From: an uncultured Clostridia bacterium
GTDB taxonomy: Bacteria > Bacillota > Clostridia > Christensenellales > CAG-917
NCBI GenBank assembly: GCA_947589475.1
Contig: CANQBO010000001.1
Coordinates: 149,136 to 213,135 of the forward strand
Length of the DNA stretch: 64,000 nt
Direction: 5' to 3'
In this document: positions 45,954-53,642 of the stretch, in pieces
How positions within the stretch are numbered: the first letter of the stretch is position 1
Layout: each line of letters starts with the position of its first letter
Notes under the pieces: generated by a model
What the model was told of the DNA's origin: nothing
Seen by the model: only the letters and a program-made list of their open reading frames with translations
Database searches by the model: none
Position numbers and translations under genes: made by a program

Positions 45954-47120
45954 ATGAGCAGTTTGTTTAATAAGGACATAGCCGTGCTGGACATCGGGTC
46001 CCACTCTCTGAGCGCCATCGTAGGTACGAAAAAAGCTCAGACCGTTTTCGGGATAAAGGCGGTCTCGCAACGACTTCATCAGGGCTATGAAAATGCGCAG
46101 TGGTACGATCTTGACGACACTGTCGCAAAAGTCAAGGAAGTGCTCAGCGAGGCAATGAAAGCGGCGGGGTCGAGGACGAAGCGCCTCTTCATAGGCGTTC
46201 CCGCGGAATTCGCTTCCGTGGTCACGCGCGAGGTTGAGGTAAGTTATGACAAAAAGCGCTCCGTCGCCGACGACGATATAGATTATTTGTTGACAAAGGG
46301 CAACAGTTTCGAGGTCGGAGGGCAGTACGTCACCGTCAATATGTCCGCCGTATACTTCATGCTCGACGACAGCGACAGGATATATTCTGACGTCAGAGGT
46401 ATAGACGCTAAAAACGTCAAAGCGCTCATATCCTACATCCTTGCCGACAAGAGCTACGTCGACGTTTTCGACGGCGTTGCGGAGGAACTGGGCTTCACGG
46501 ACGTCAGATACATATCCACGGAGTGGGCGCAGTGCATGAGCTTGTTGGAGCAGGAACAGCGCGACGAAGTGTATGCGATCGTCGACATCGGTTATATAAG
46601 CTCGTCCGTATGCGTGGCGAAGGGCGACGGCATTTTGGATATGAAATCCTTCTCCATGGGCGGCGCGCACATAGCCGCCGACATAACGGAGTATCTGGGC
46701 GTGTCGTTTGAGATGGCGGAAGAGGCGAAAAAGCTTCTCGATCTCAATCTCGACTATGACGACGACGCGGTGCTCGTCAGCGCTAAGGACGAGGAGGTCA
46801 AAGCCGCTTATGCAAGCGAGCTTGCAAAGGAAAGACTTGAGATGTTCGCGCAGATCATCGGCGGCATCCTTTCCGCTCACGACGATCTTCCGCCGTATGC
46901 CGCTATATACCTCACCGGCGAGGGCATAGCGTCCATGCGCGGCGCAAAGAAGTATTTGGGCGAATTGCTCGGCAGAAATATCGAACTTATCACATCCAAG
47001 CTTCCCGGCTTCGTAAAGCCGGAGGACAGCTCGAAGGCGTCCCTTCTCGTCATGGCGGATACGCTGTCCAAGACGACGGTCGCAAGCTTTTTCAAACATT
47101 TATTCGGAGGTAAAAAATGA
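45954..47120 (+). CDS. ftsA: cell division protein FtsA
   Basis: Actin-like phosphate motifs (VLDIGSHSLSAIVG, IVDIGYISSSV) and a C-terminal amphipathic helix (VASFFKHLFGGKK). GGCGGAGGAAAT RBS. Confidence 0.85.
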   Translation: MSSLFNKDIAVLDIGSHSLSAIVGTKKAQTVFGIKAVSQRLHQGYENAQWYDLDDTVAKVKEVLSEAMKAAGSRTKRLFIGVPAEFASVVTREVEVSYDKKRSVADDDIDYLLTKGNSFEVGGQYVTVNMSAVYFMLDDSDRIYSDVRGIDAKNVKALISYILADKSYVDVFDGVAEELGFTDVRYISTEWAQCMSLLEQEQRDEVYAIVDIGYISSSVCVAKGDGILDMKSFSMGGAHIAADITEYLGVSFEMAEEAKKLLDLNLDYDDDAVLVSAKDEEVKAAYASELAKERLEMFAQIIGGILSAHDDLPPYAAIYLTGEGIASMRGAKKYLGELLGRNIELITSKLPGFVKPEDSSKASLLVMADTLSKTTVASFFKHLFGGKK

Positions 47121-48463
47121 TGTATGACGATATGGATCTCGGATCCTCATATGAAGATACTTATCAGCCCGATCTCGAGCACGCGGAGATAGGCGGGAGC
47201 GAGGACTCCCCCAAATACGGCCCCGTTTCGCCCAAGATCAAGGGCAAAGCGAACATTGTCGTGTGCGGCATAGGCGGAGGCGGTTGCAACGCTGTAAACA
47301 ACATGGTCAAAAAGAACATCACAAGCGCGACCTTTGTTGTAATGAACACCGATCTGCAAGCGCTCAATATGTCTCCCGTCCCCGACAATTGCAAGATACA
47401 GATAGGCGAGAATACGACTCAAGGTCTCGGCGCGGGTTCCGATCCCGAAGTGGGCAAGCAAGCCGCCGAGGAGTCGAGCGAGCGCATCAAAGCGGCGCTT
47501 CAGGGCGTCGATCTGCTGTTCATCACCGCGGGCATGGGCGGTGGCACGGGTACGGGCGCGGCGCCGATCGTGGCGAAGATCGCGCAGGATCTCGGCATAT
47601 TGACTGTGGGCGTCGTCACAAAACCATTCGTGTTTGAGGGCATGCCTCGTATGCGCAATGCGGACGAGGGCATAAAGAAACTCAAACAGTATGTCGACAC
47701 TCTGCTTGTCATCCCCAACCAAAAGCTTACCACGGTATTCGGCGACAACAAAAAGATGCCCATCACGCAAGCGTTCGCATATGCGGACGACGTGCTTAGA
47801 CAGGGCATACAGGGGGTGAGCGACGTCATCGCCAATCCGGGACTTATCAACCTCGACTTTGCCGATGTCAAGACCATACTTTCAAAGAAAGGGCTTGCGC
47901 ATATGGGCATAGGCTTCGGCAAAGGAGAAAAGCGCGTTATGGACGCTGTGCGCGGCGCTATATACTGCCCGTTGCTCGAAAACGACATCGAGGGCGCGAC
48001 GGCGCTGCTCATCAACATCATAGGCGGCGACGATATGACCATCGCGGAAGTCGAAGAGGCGTGCATGATCGTCAATCAAGTCACCGACCCCAACGCGAAC
48101 ATAATCTTCGGCACCGCCACAAGGTCGGAGTCGCAGGGCATAGAGATCACGATCATAGCGACAGGTTTTTCTGAGCAGAGGACTGCTTCAAAGGCGTTCT
48201 CAAATCCGCCTTACGGACAGCAGGACGGTCAGGGCGTGCGCCCGCTCAATCCCGCGCAGTCTCAGCCGCAGGATCCCTATGGCAGAGGCGGATACGGCGG
48301 ACTCTACCCGGGATATCCCGCTCAACAACCTCAGTCTCCGAAGCCGGCGCCTCCTCAACCTCCCAAAGCACCCGCGCCGTCATCTTCCATAGTGGACGTT
48401 CCGCAGAGGAAAGTGCCGATGTTCATGCGCAAACTTAAGGACAACGAGAACGACGAACAATGA
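47117..48463 (+). CDS. ftsZ: cell division protein FtsZ (with ~35-aa acidic N-extension)
   Basis: GIGGGGCNAVNNM and the tubulin signature GMGGGTGTGAAP. ATGA overlap with ftsA. Has a Pro/Gln/Tyr-rich linker and a C-terminal peptide. Confidence 0.95.
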   Translation: MMYDDMDLGSSYEDTYQPDLEHAEIGGSEDSPKYGPVSPKIKGKANIVVCGIGGGGCNAVNNMVKKNITSATFVVMNTDLQALNMSPVPDNCKIQIGENTTQGLGAGSDPEVGKQAAEESSERIKAALQGVDLLFITAGMGGGTGTGAAPIVAKIAQDLGILTVGVVTKPFVFEGMPRMRNADEGIKKLKQYVDTLLVIPNQKLTTVFGDNKKMPITQAFAYADDVLRQGIQGVSDVIANPGLINLDFADVKTILSKKGLAHMGIGFGKGEKRVMDAVRGAIYCPLLENDIEGATALLINIIGGDDMTIAEVEEACMIVNQVTDPNANIIFGTATRSESQGIEITIIATGFSEQRTASKAFSNPPYGQQDGQGVRPLNPAQSQPQDPYGRGGYGGLYPGYPAQQPQSPKPAPPQPPKAPAPSSSIVDVPQRKVPMFMRKLKDNENDEQ

Positions 48464-48534
48464 TTTTGAAATGTAAGCGTCTCCTGCCTTTGAATATGTC
48501 TTAGGTCGGTTTTGAATTTTTCATTCATAAAAAC

Positions 48535-48569
48535 GTCAAGCTTTGTCATTTGACAGGCTTGACTTTTTT
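48535..48569 (+). terminator. rho-independent terminator after ftsZ
   Basis: GTCAAGC/GCTTGAC outer stem with an inner GTCA/TGAC stem, followed by T6. Confidence 0.8.
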
Positions 48570-48625
48570 ATACCGCGAGCGACCGTCTACAGATAAACAG
48601 TGGATATTTTAAATTCTATGCGGTT

Positions 48626-48658
48626 AGAATATCGAAATATTCTGGAAATTTTTCGACA
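48626..48658 (+). promoter_or_regulatory. palindrome and 0A-box-like sites upstream of spoIIGA
   Basis: Perfect palindrome AGAATAT-CGAA-ATATTCT (48626-43), which contains TATCGAA. TTCGACA at 48652-58 is the reverse complement of the Spo0A box TGTCGAA. Confidence 0.35.
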
Positions 48659-48701
48659 TCAAAGGAATGATTGTTTGTAGGAGCGGGCTTATCATAGCGC
48701 C

Positions 48702-49463
48702 GTGAAAGTGTACATAGAGCTTGTGCTCTTCAACAATTTTGCGGTGGATATATTGCTTGAGGTCTGCACTCTGTCAATATTCGGGACGAGAGGAGGCAAG
48801 GCGAGATGCATCTTTGCCGCTCTTGTCGGCGCTGTCGCGGGCACGGCTTATGCCGTAGTTTCAAAACCGTGGAAGATCGCGATAAGAGCGCTGCTTGCGC
48901 CGTTGATGACCGTCATCTTTTTCAAAACGAAGAAGGGGAGGGTCGCGGGACGTGTCCTGCAACTTGTTGCGGCGACAGCCGTGTTCTGCGCGCTGACTTT
49001 CCTCGTGGGCGGAGCGACAAAAGGCATGAGTTATCTGCTTGGAGTGGACGTAAACGGCTATGCGGAGCTTGGTCTCGTGGCGGGCGCGCTTGCATTGGCG
49101 ATAATTTGCGCGCGTGCTATATCTCGTAAAAGAGCGCGTAGCGGAGCGCGTATTAAGCAGGTGTATTTGTGCGCGTCGGGGCAAAAGATAAGTTGCAACG
49201 CGCTTCTGGACAGCGGGAATCTGCTTGTGGACAGCTTTAGCGGTCTGCCCGTAGTTATAATCTCGGACAGTCTTGCGGGAAGTTTATGCGAGTGTCCCGC
49301 GGAGGGCTTCATCAACGTAAATTCCGTGGGAGGCAGCGGTACGCTTCCTCTCATCGGCATAGAGGGCGTTGAGGTGGACGGCGTAAAACTCAAAGCTCTC
49401 GGCGCGCTCAGCTTTACGGCGCTTGAAGGATACGACGTCATTTTGCAAGCGGGAATGTTTTAA
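48702..49463 (+). CDS. spoIIGA: sigma-E processing peptidase SpoIIGA
   Basis: N-terminal multi-TM domain and a C-terminal aspartic protease motif (LLDSGNLLVD). Position ftsZ-spoIIGA-sigE. GTG start, uncertain. Confidence 0.85.
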   Translation: MKVYIELVLFNNFAVDILLEVCTLSIFGTRGGKARCIFAALVGAVAGTAYAVVSKPWKIAIRALLAPLMTVIFFKTKKGRVAGRVLQLVAATAVFCALTFLVGGATKGMSYLLGVDVNGYAELGLVAGALALAIICARAISRKRARSGARIKQVYLCASGQKISCNALLDSGNLLVDSFSGLPVVIISDSLAGSLCECPAEGFINVNSVGGSGTLPLIGIEGVEVDGVKLKALGALSFTALEGYDVILQAGMF

Positions 49464-49518
49464 AATCGGCAATCTAAACGTATTGATTTGGTATGTTTAA
49501 AAGAGGAGGGAAATTATT

Positions 49519-50229
49519 ATGCTGAAACTGAGAGACCTGTGGGAAAAGATCATGGCTTTTTTCGGAATAAAAACCGAAGGAAGCGTCAACTATATCTCGG
49601 CGGGCAACAGTCTGCCCGCTCCGTTGTCGCCCGAGGAAGAGGCGGCGCTGGTGAGACGCTTTCTCGACGGAGACGAGCAAGCGAGGCTTACGCTCATCGA
49701 ACACAATCTGCGCCTTGTTGTCTACATAGCAAAACGCTTTGACAACACGGGCATAGATATGGACGACCTCGTGTCCATAGGCACGATAGGTCTCATCAAA
49801 GCGGTGAGCAGTTACGACCCCGACAAGAATATCAAACTCGCCACTTTTGCCTCGCGCTGTATCGAAAACGAGATACTTATGCACATACGCAAGACGGGGC
49901 GTACGCGTACGGAGCTTTCGCTCGACGAACCGCTGAACGTTGATTTCGAGGGCAATATGCTGTTGCTTAGCGATGTGCTGGGCACGGATCCCGATTGCGT
50001 ATTCAGCGACGTCGAAGGCAGTGCGGAAAGGGAAATGTTGCGCGCGTCATTCGATAGGCTTCCCGAACGCGAAAGGCAGATACTCTCGCTACGGTTCGGA
50101 CTGTACGGGAAGGAGGAGATGACTCAAAAGGAAATCGCCGATATGATGGGGATATCGCAGTCCTACATATCCCGCCTCGAGAAGAAGATCGTCGAGACCC
50201 TGCGCAAGAGTTTGGAGCAGTTGGGCTGA
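49519..50229 (+). CDS. sigE: RNA polymerase sporulation sigma factor E (pro-sigmaE)
   Basis: Pro-sequence LKLRDLWEKIMAFFGIKTEGSVNYISAGNSLPAPLS, then LIEHNLRLVVYIAKRF and CIENEILMHIRK. Confidence 0.9.
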   Translation: MLKLRDLWEKIMAFFGIKTEGSVNYISAGNSLPAPLSPEEEAALVRRFLDGDEQARLTLIEHNLRLVVYIAKRFDNTGIDMDDLVSIGTIGLIKAVSSYDPDKNIKLATFASRCIENEILMHIRKTGRTRTELSLDEPLNVDFEGNMLLLSDVLGTDPDCVFSDVEGSAEREMLRASFDRLPERERQILSLRFGLYGKEEMTQKEIADMMGISQSYISRLEKKIVETLRKSLEQLG

Positions 50230-50246
50230 AAAATCGTATGTCTATA

Positions 50247-50275
50247 CGAACAAATTGTGTCGAATAATTTGTTCG
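50247..50275 (+). terminator. perfect 10-bp hairpin between sigE and sigG (attenuator-like, no T-run)
   Basis: CGAACAAATT/AATTTGTTCG with a 9-nt loop. Confidence 0.35.
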
Positions 50276-50366
50276 GGGGATAAAAATTTTTTAATGCGCG
50301 CATAAAACTTTGTTTCGGGCGCAGAATAGTGAAAGCATCTCTACATATCTCAGGAGGTGCTTTTTT

Positions 50367-51137
50367 ATGGGCAGAGTAACAATTTGCGGGCTGGATACAT
50401 CCACATTGCCGCGGCTTGGCTCGGCGCAGTGCGACGCTCTCCTCAAGCGTATAGACGAGGGCGACGCGGAGGCGCGCGACCTGTTTTTAAGGGCTAATAT
50501 GCGCCTTGTTCTGTCCTGCGTAGGACGGTTTTCAAAGTCGCAGGAAAGCGCGGACGACCTGTTTCAGGTGGGTATGGTGGGACTTCTCAAAGCTCTCAAC
50601 AACTTCGACCGCTCTCTTGACGTCCGCTTTTCGACATACGCGGTGCCTATGATACTCGGCGAGATCAAGAGGGCTTTGCGCGACAGAACTACGGTCAAAG
50701 TGTCGAGGAGCATGCGCGATACAGCCTATAGAGCGCTGAAGGCGCGTGAGAAGATGATGGAAGCGGGGCAGGCGGAACCCGACCTCATGGAAATATCCGC
50801 GGAAATCGGCGTCCCCCTCAAGGAGGTTGCGTGCGCGCTTGACGCGGTGAGCGAGCCTATATCCTTCTACGAGCCTGTGTTCGGCGACGGCGATGACAGC
50901 CTCGAACTCGTCGATCAACTTGCCGACAGCAAGGAAACAAGCGAAAATTGGTCGGAGCGGCTTTCCCTTCACGAAGCGCTCAAAAACGTACCCGCGCGCG
51001 AGCTTGAGGTCATAAAATTGCGCTATTTCGACGGCAAGACGCAGGTTGAGATAAGCAAGATCGTCGGCATCTCGCAAGCGCAGGTCTCGCGTCTTGAAAA
51101 GACCGCCATCGCCCGCATAAGAGAAGCTATGGAATAA
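50367..51137 (+). CDS. sigG: RNA polymerase sporulation sigma factor G
   Basis: The N-terminal ICGLDTSTLPRL matches the sigmaG ICGVDTSKLPVL signature. Also DLFQVGMVGLLKA and FSTYAVPMILGEIKR. Lies after sigE. AGGAGGTG RBS. Confidence 0.85.
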   Translation: MGRVTICGLDTSTLPRLGSAQCDALLKRIDEGDAEARDLFLRANMRLVLSCVGRFSKSQESADDLFQVGMVGLLKALNNFDRSLDVRFSTYAVPMILGEIKRALRDRTTVKVSRSMRDTAYRALKAREKMMEAGQAEPDLMEISAEIGVPLKEVACALDAVSEPISFYEPVFGDGDDSLELVDQLADSKETSENWSERLSLHEALKNVPARELEVIKLRYFDGKTQVEISKIVGISQAQVSRLEKTAIARIREAME

Positions 51138-51181
51138 AAGCGCAAATCGGATTGACCAAACTCTTGCGTAAGACGCTCTAT

Positions 51182-51204
51182 ATGCGCCCGTACATTGGGC
51201 GCAT
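51182..51204. terminator. 8-bp GC-rich hairpin between convergent sigG and ylmC-like genes
   Basis: ATGCGCCC/GGGCGCAT. The flanking T-run is weak. Confidence 0.4.
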
Positions 51205-51224
51205 GAGCATTTTACGCAGGTTTT

Positions 51225-51728
51225 TTATTCCGCATGGTAGTAGGTGTGCGGAGAGGATGGATCGTCCCTCGGCGGAGTAGGCGGCGAAGGTGGAGCAAAG
51301 GAGTCATCGGGGCGGTACATAGGTTCTGCGGGCATGCTGTATGCCGTTGTGTCCGCGGTCTGGGCGTCCGCATAGGGCGAGGAATACGCGGCTTCGGGGG
51401 CATAACTTGCCTGTCTCACGTTTTGAGAATACGCGCCGTCCTGCCTTTGAGACGCGGTGGAAGCGGAGCACGCGCTCGCCATAGAGCCTATTATGTCTGT
51501 CAAAATTACGTCGGAGCCTATCTTCACGATACGGTTGAAGGGAATGATGAGGTTTTCGGACGAGGTCAAGCTTTTGAAAAGGCTCTTTTTGCCGGGGACG
51601 ACGACGGCGAGCACCTGTCCGCAGTTGTTGAATATGAGGTCGCAGACATGCCCCAACTCGCGCCCGTCGCAGACGTTTATCACCATCTTTTTTGTGAAAT
51701 CCGAAAATGTGTACTGTTTGGAGTTCAT
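51225..51728 (-). CDS. YlmC/YmxH-family PRC-barrel sporulation protein with low-complexity C-tail
   Basis: FSDFTKKMVINVCDGRELGHVCDLIFNNCGQVLAVVVPG is typical of YlmC/YmxH. About 85 extra C-terminal residues are rich in A/S/Y/P. Confidence 0.8.
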   Translation of the reverse strand: MNSKQYTFSDFTKKMVINVCDGRELGHVCDLIFNNCGQVLAVVVPGKKSLFKSLTSSENLIIPFNRIVKIGSDVILTDIIGSMASACSASTASQRQDGAYSQNVRQASYAPEAAYSSPYADAQTADTTAYSMPAEPMYRPDDSFAPPSPPTPPRDDPSSPHTYYHAE

Positions 51729-52058
51729 ATCCAAAATATATTCGCGCCTTCTGCAAATTATGACGCGGAAAGAAAAAATTTTTGTCATATGCAAATTTGA
51801 GGCGCAATTTGCGATTTTGACGCGTTTTAAAGTATGAAACGACTTAGCGGCGCGTTTATATCTGCGCGGCGCAACCTAAATTTCAGCGCGGTCAAAAGCG
51901 TTTTAAATATAGTCTTGGACCAAAGAATGTAAAATAAGGCGCAGTATCGTTCATTTTGCGCGCGAAAACGCTCAAAATACGGGAAATGAAAATGAATTCT
52001 TTACTTTTTTGTGCGCGCGTGTTATAATTTTCACAATAAAGTTTTCGGAGGGAGAGAT

Positions 52059-52556
52059 ATGAGGTGCATTTATTGCGGCTGTCTCGAAAGCAAGGTCGTG
52101 GACTCAAGACAGAATGAGGACGGCACGTCCATTCGTCGTCGTCGCGAGTGTATCCGTTGCGGAAAACGCTTTACGACATACGAGACTGTGGAAAGCACGC
52201 CCATTATGGTGATAAAAAAGGATGGGAGCAGACAGGCTTTCGACATCACCAAAGTCAAGACGGGCATCATGAAGGCTTGCGAAAAGCGTCCCATCTCCAT
52301 AAGCGTGATAGACAAGCTTGTCGGCGACATTCAGCATGAGATAAACAATTCGCTCGAGCAGGAGGTGTCCTCGGGCTATATAGGCGAGCTTGTCATGGAA
52401 GGACTTAAGACCATAGACGAGGTCGCATATGTGCGCTATGCCTCCGTACACCGTCAGTTCAGGGATATAAACACCCTCCTGGACGAGATAGAGGGTCTTG
52501 TCAAGATAAAGGCGGAGAGCGCCGCAAAGCCAAACGATCCAAACGTCGCAGGTTGA
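52059..52556 (+). CDS. nrdR: transcriptional repressor NrdR
   Basis: Zinc ribbon MRCIYCG...CIRCGKRFTTYE followed by an ATP-cone domain. Confidence 0.95.
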   Translation: MRCIYCGCLESKVVDSRQNEDGTSIRRRRECIRCGKRFTTYETVESTPIMVIKKDGSRQAFDITKVKTGIMKACEKRPISISVIDKLVGDIQHEINNSLEQEVSSGYIGELVMEGLKTIDEVAYVRYASVHRQFRDINTLLDEIEGLVKIKAESAAKPNDPNVAG

Positions 52557-52677
52557 GCATTTGGCGCCGATTTTAAAAAGCGGAGATCAAAACGGTTTTG
52601 TTTGCACTTTGTCCAAACTCATGCGAAGTTTGGGACAGGGCAAATGAAACCGTATTTTGTTTACATTTTTGTTTACA

Positions 52678-53373
52678 TCAAAACATATCTTCCTTTTCTA
52701 TCCTCGCTCGCACCTTTTCGAGGGCTTTTTTCTCTATACGGGACACATAGGAGCGGGATATTTTGAATTTGTCCGCTACCTCGCGCTGGGTGAGCGCCCC
52801 TATGCCGCCCAGACCGTAGCGCAGACATACGATCTCGTACTCGCGCGAGTCCAGCTCTTCTTTCAAAATATCCATGAGTTTTTGCATCAGTATGCTGTTT
52901 TCGACGTCGTCTATGACGGAGCACTCGTCCGAGAGCATATCCATTATAGTCAGTTCGTTTCCGTCCTTGTCCACGCCTATAGGCTCGTTTATCGACACGT
53001 TTTGCCTGTGCTTTTTGGAGGTGCGCATGGTCATCAATATCTCGTTTTCGATGCACCTCGAGGCGTAAGTCGCAAGTTGCGTGCCCTTGTCGGGAACGAA
53101 ACTGTCTATCGCCTTTATAAGTCCTATGGAGCCTATGGATATAAGCTCGTCATTGTCGCCGTAATTCGTGTATTTTTTTGCGATGTGCGCGACAAGGCGC
53201 AGGTTGTGCTTGACCAGCACTTCCTTTGCTTCGGGGTCGCCCGCGCGGGCTTTATCTATGTATTCGCGCTCCTTTTCTTTTGAGAGCGGCTTCGGAAAGG
53301 AGCTTTTAGCCGTCACATAGGAAGAAAAAATTATCAAATTTTTCAGCAGTAATAAAAGACTCTCCAAAGCCAT
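52678..53373 (-). CDS. sigK: RNA polymerase sporulation sigma factor K (pro-sigmaK, uninterrupted)
   Basis: Pro-sequence ...IFSSYVTAKSSFPKPLS (compare B. subtilis SYVKNNAFPQPLS), then VKHNLRLVAHIAKKY and CIENEILMTMR. The ORF is contiguous with no intervening element. Confidence 0.85.
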   Translation of the reverse strand: MALESLLLLLKNLIIFSSYVTAKSSFPKPLSKEKEREYIDKARAGDPEAKEVLVKHNLRLVAHIAKKYTNYGDNDELISIGSIGLIKAIDSFVPDKGTQLATYASRCIENEILMTMRTSKKHRQNVSINEPIGVDKDGNELTIMDMLSDECSVIDDVENSILMQKLMDILKEELDSREYEIVCLRYGLGGIGALTQREVADKFKISRSYVSRIEKKALEKVRARIEKEDMF

Positions 53374-53394
53374 CCAGCCCTCCTAAGTTATACT

Positions 53395-53403
53395 ATTCTA
53401 TGC
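53395..53403 (-). promoter_or_regulatory. possible mother-cell-type -10 element upstream of sigK
   Basis: The minus strand reads CATAGAATA (CATAnnnTA), about 20 nt upstream of the AGGAGGG RBS. No convincing -35 element. Confidence 0.25.
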
Positions 53404-53524
53404 TCGACCCTTCAAAAATTGACATCTTTCGACAACTTTGTCTCTTAAATGCGAGAGTAAAGTTTTTGATATGTTCTTAAAGTACTTCTATATGTGAAAG
53501 GGCGGATACACAAAAAAATTTTTA

Positions 53525-53553
53525 TTGACAGATGACAAAATCGGGCTTATAAT
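53525..53553 (+). promoter_or_regulatory. sigmaA promoter of the FAD-oxidoreductase gene
   Basis: Perfect TTGACA - 17 nt - TATAAT. Confidence 0.7.
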
Positions 53554-53642
53554 TCGACAGGTCGCAAGAGAATATTTCGTTTTGGATAATAATAATTTAT
53601 ATTGCGTATTTATTGCGGCAAAATCAAATGCGGAGATGTTGT

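Noticed and set aside
45792-47099. 435-aa minus-strand ORF.
   Set aside because: It is antisense to ftsA, which has actin-fold motifs, an RBS and ATGA coupling to ftsZ. No recognisable domain, and it spans the ftsA promoter region.
50290-50345. Forespore (sigmaF) promoter for sigG (GCATA ... GGGCGCAGAATA).
   Set aside because: Spacing and the -10 match are poor under either the sigmaF or the sigmaG consensus, so it was not annotated.
52657-53283. 208-aa plus-strand ORF.
   Set aside because: It is antisense to sigK, whose sigma-70 regions 2-4 and pro-sequence are unmistakable.
52678-53373. Checked sigK for a skin-like intervening element or split gene.
   Set aside because: The ORF is contiguous from the pro-sequence through region 4. 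No recombinase gene or interruption is present.
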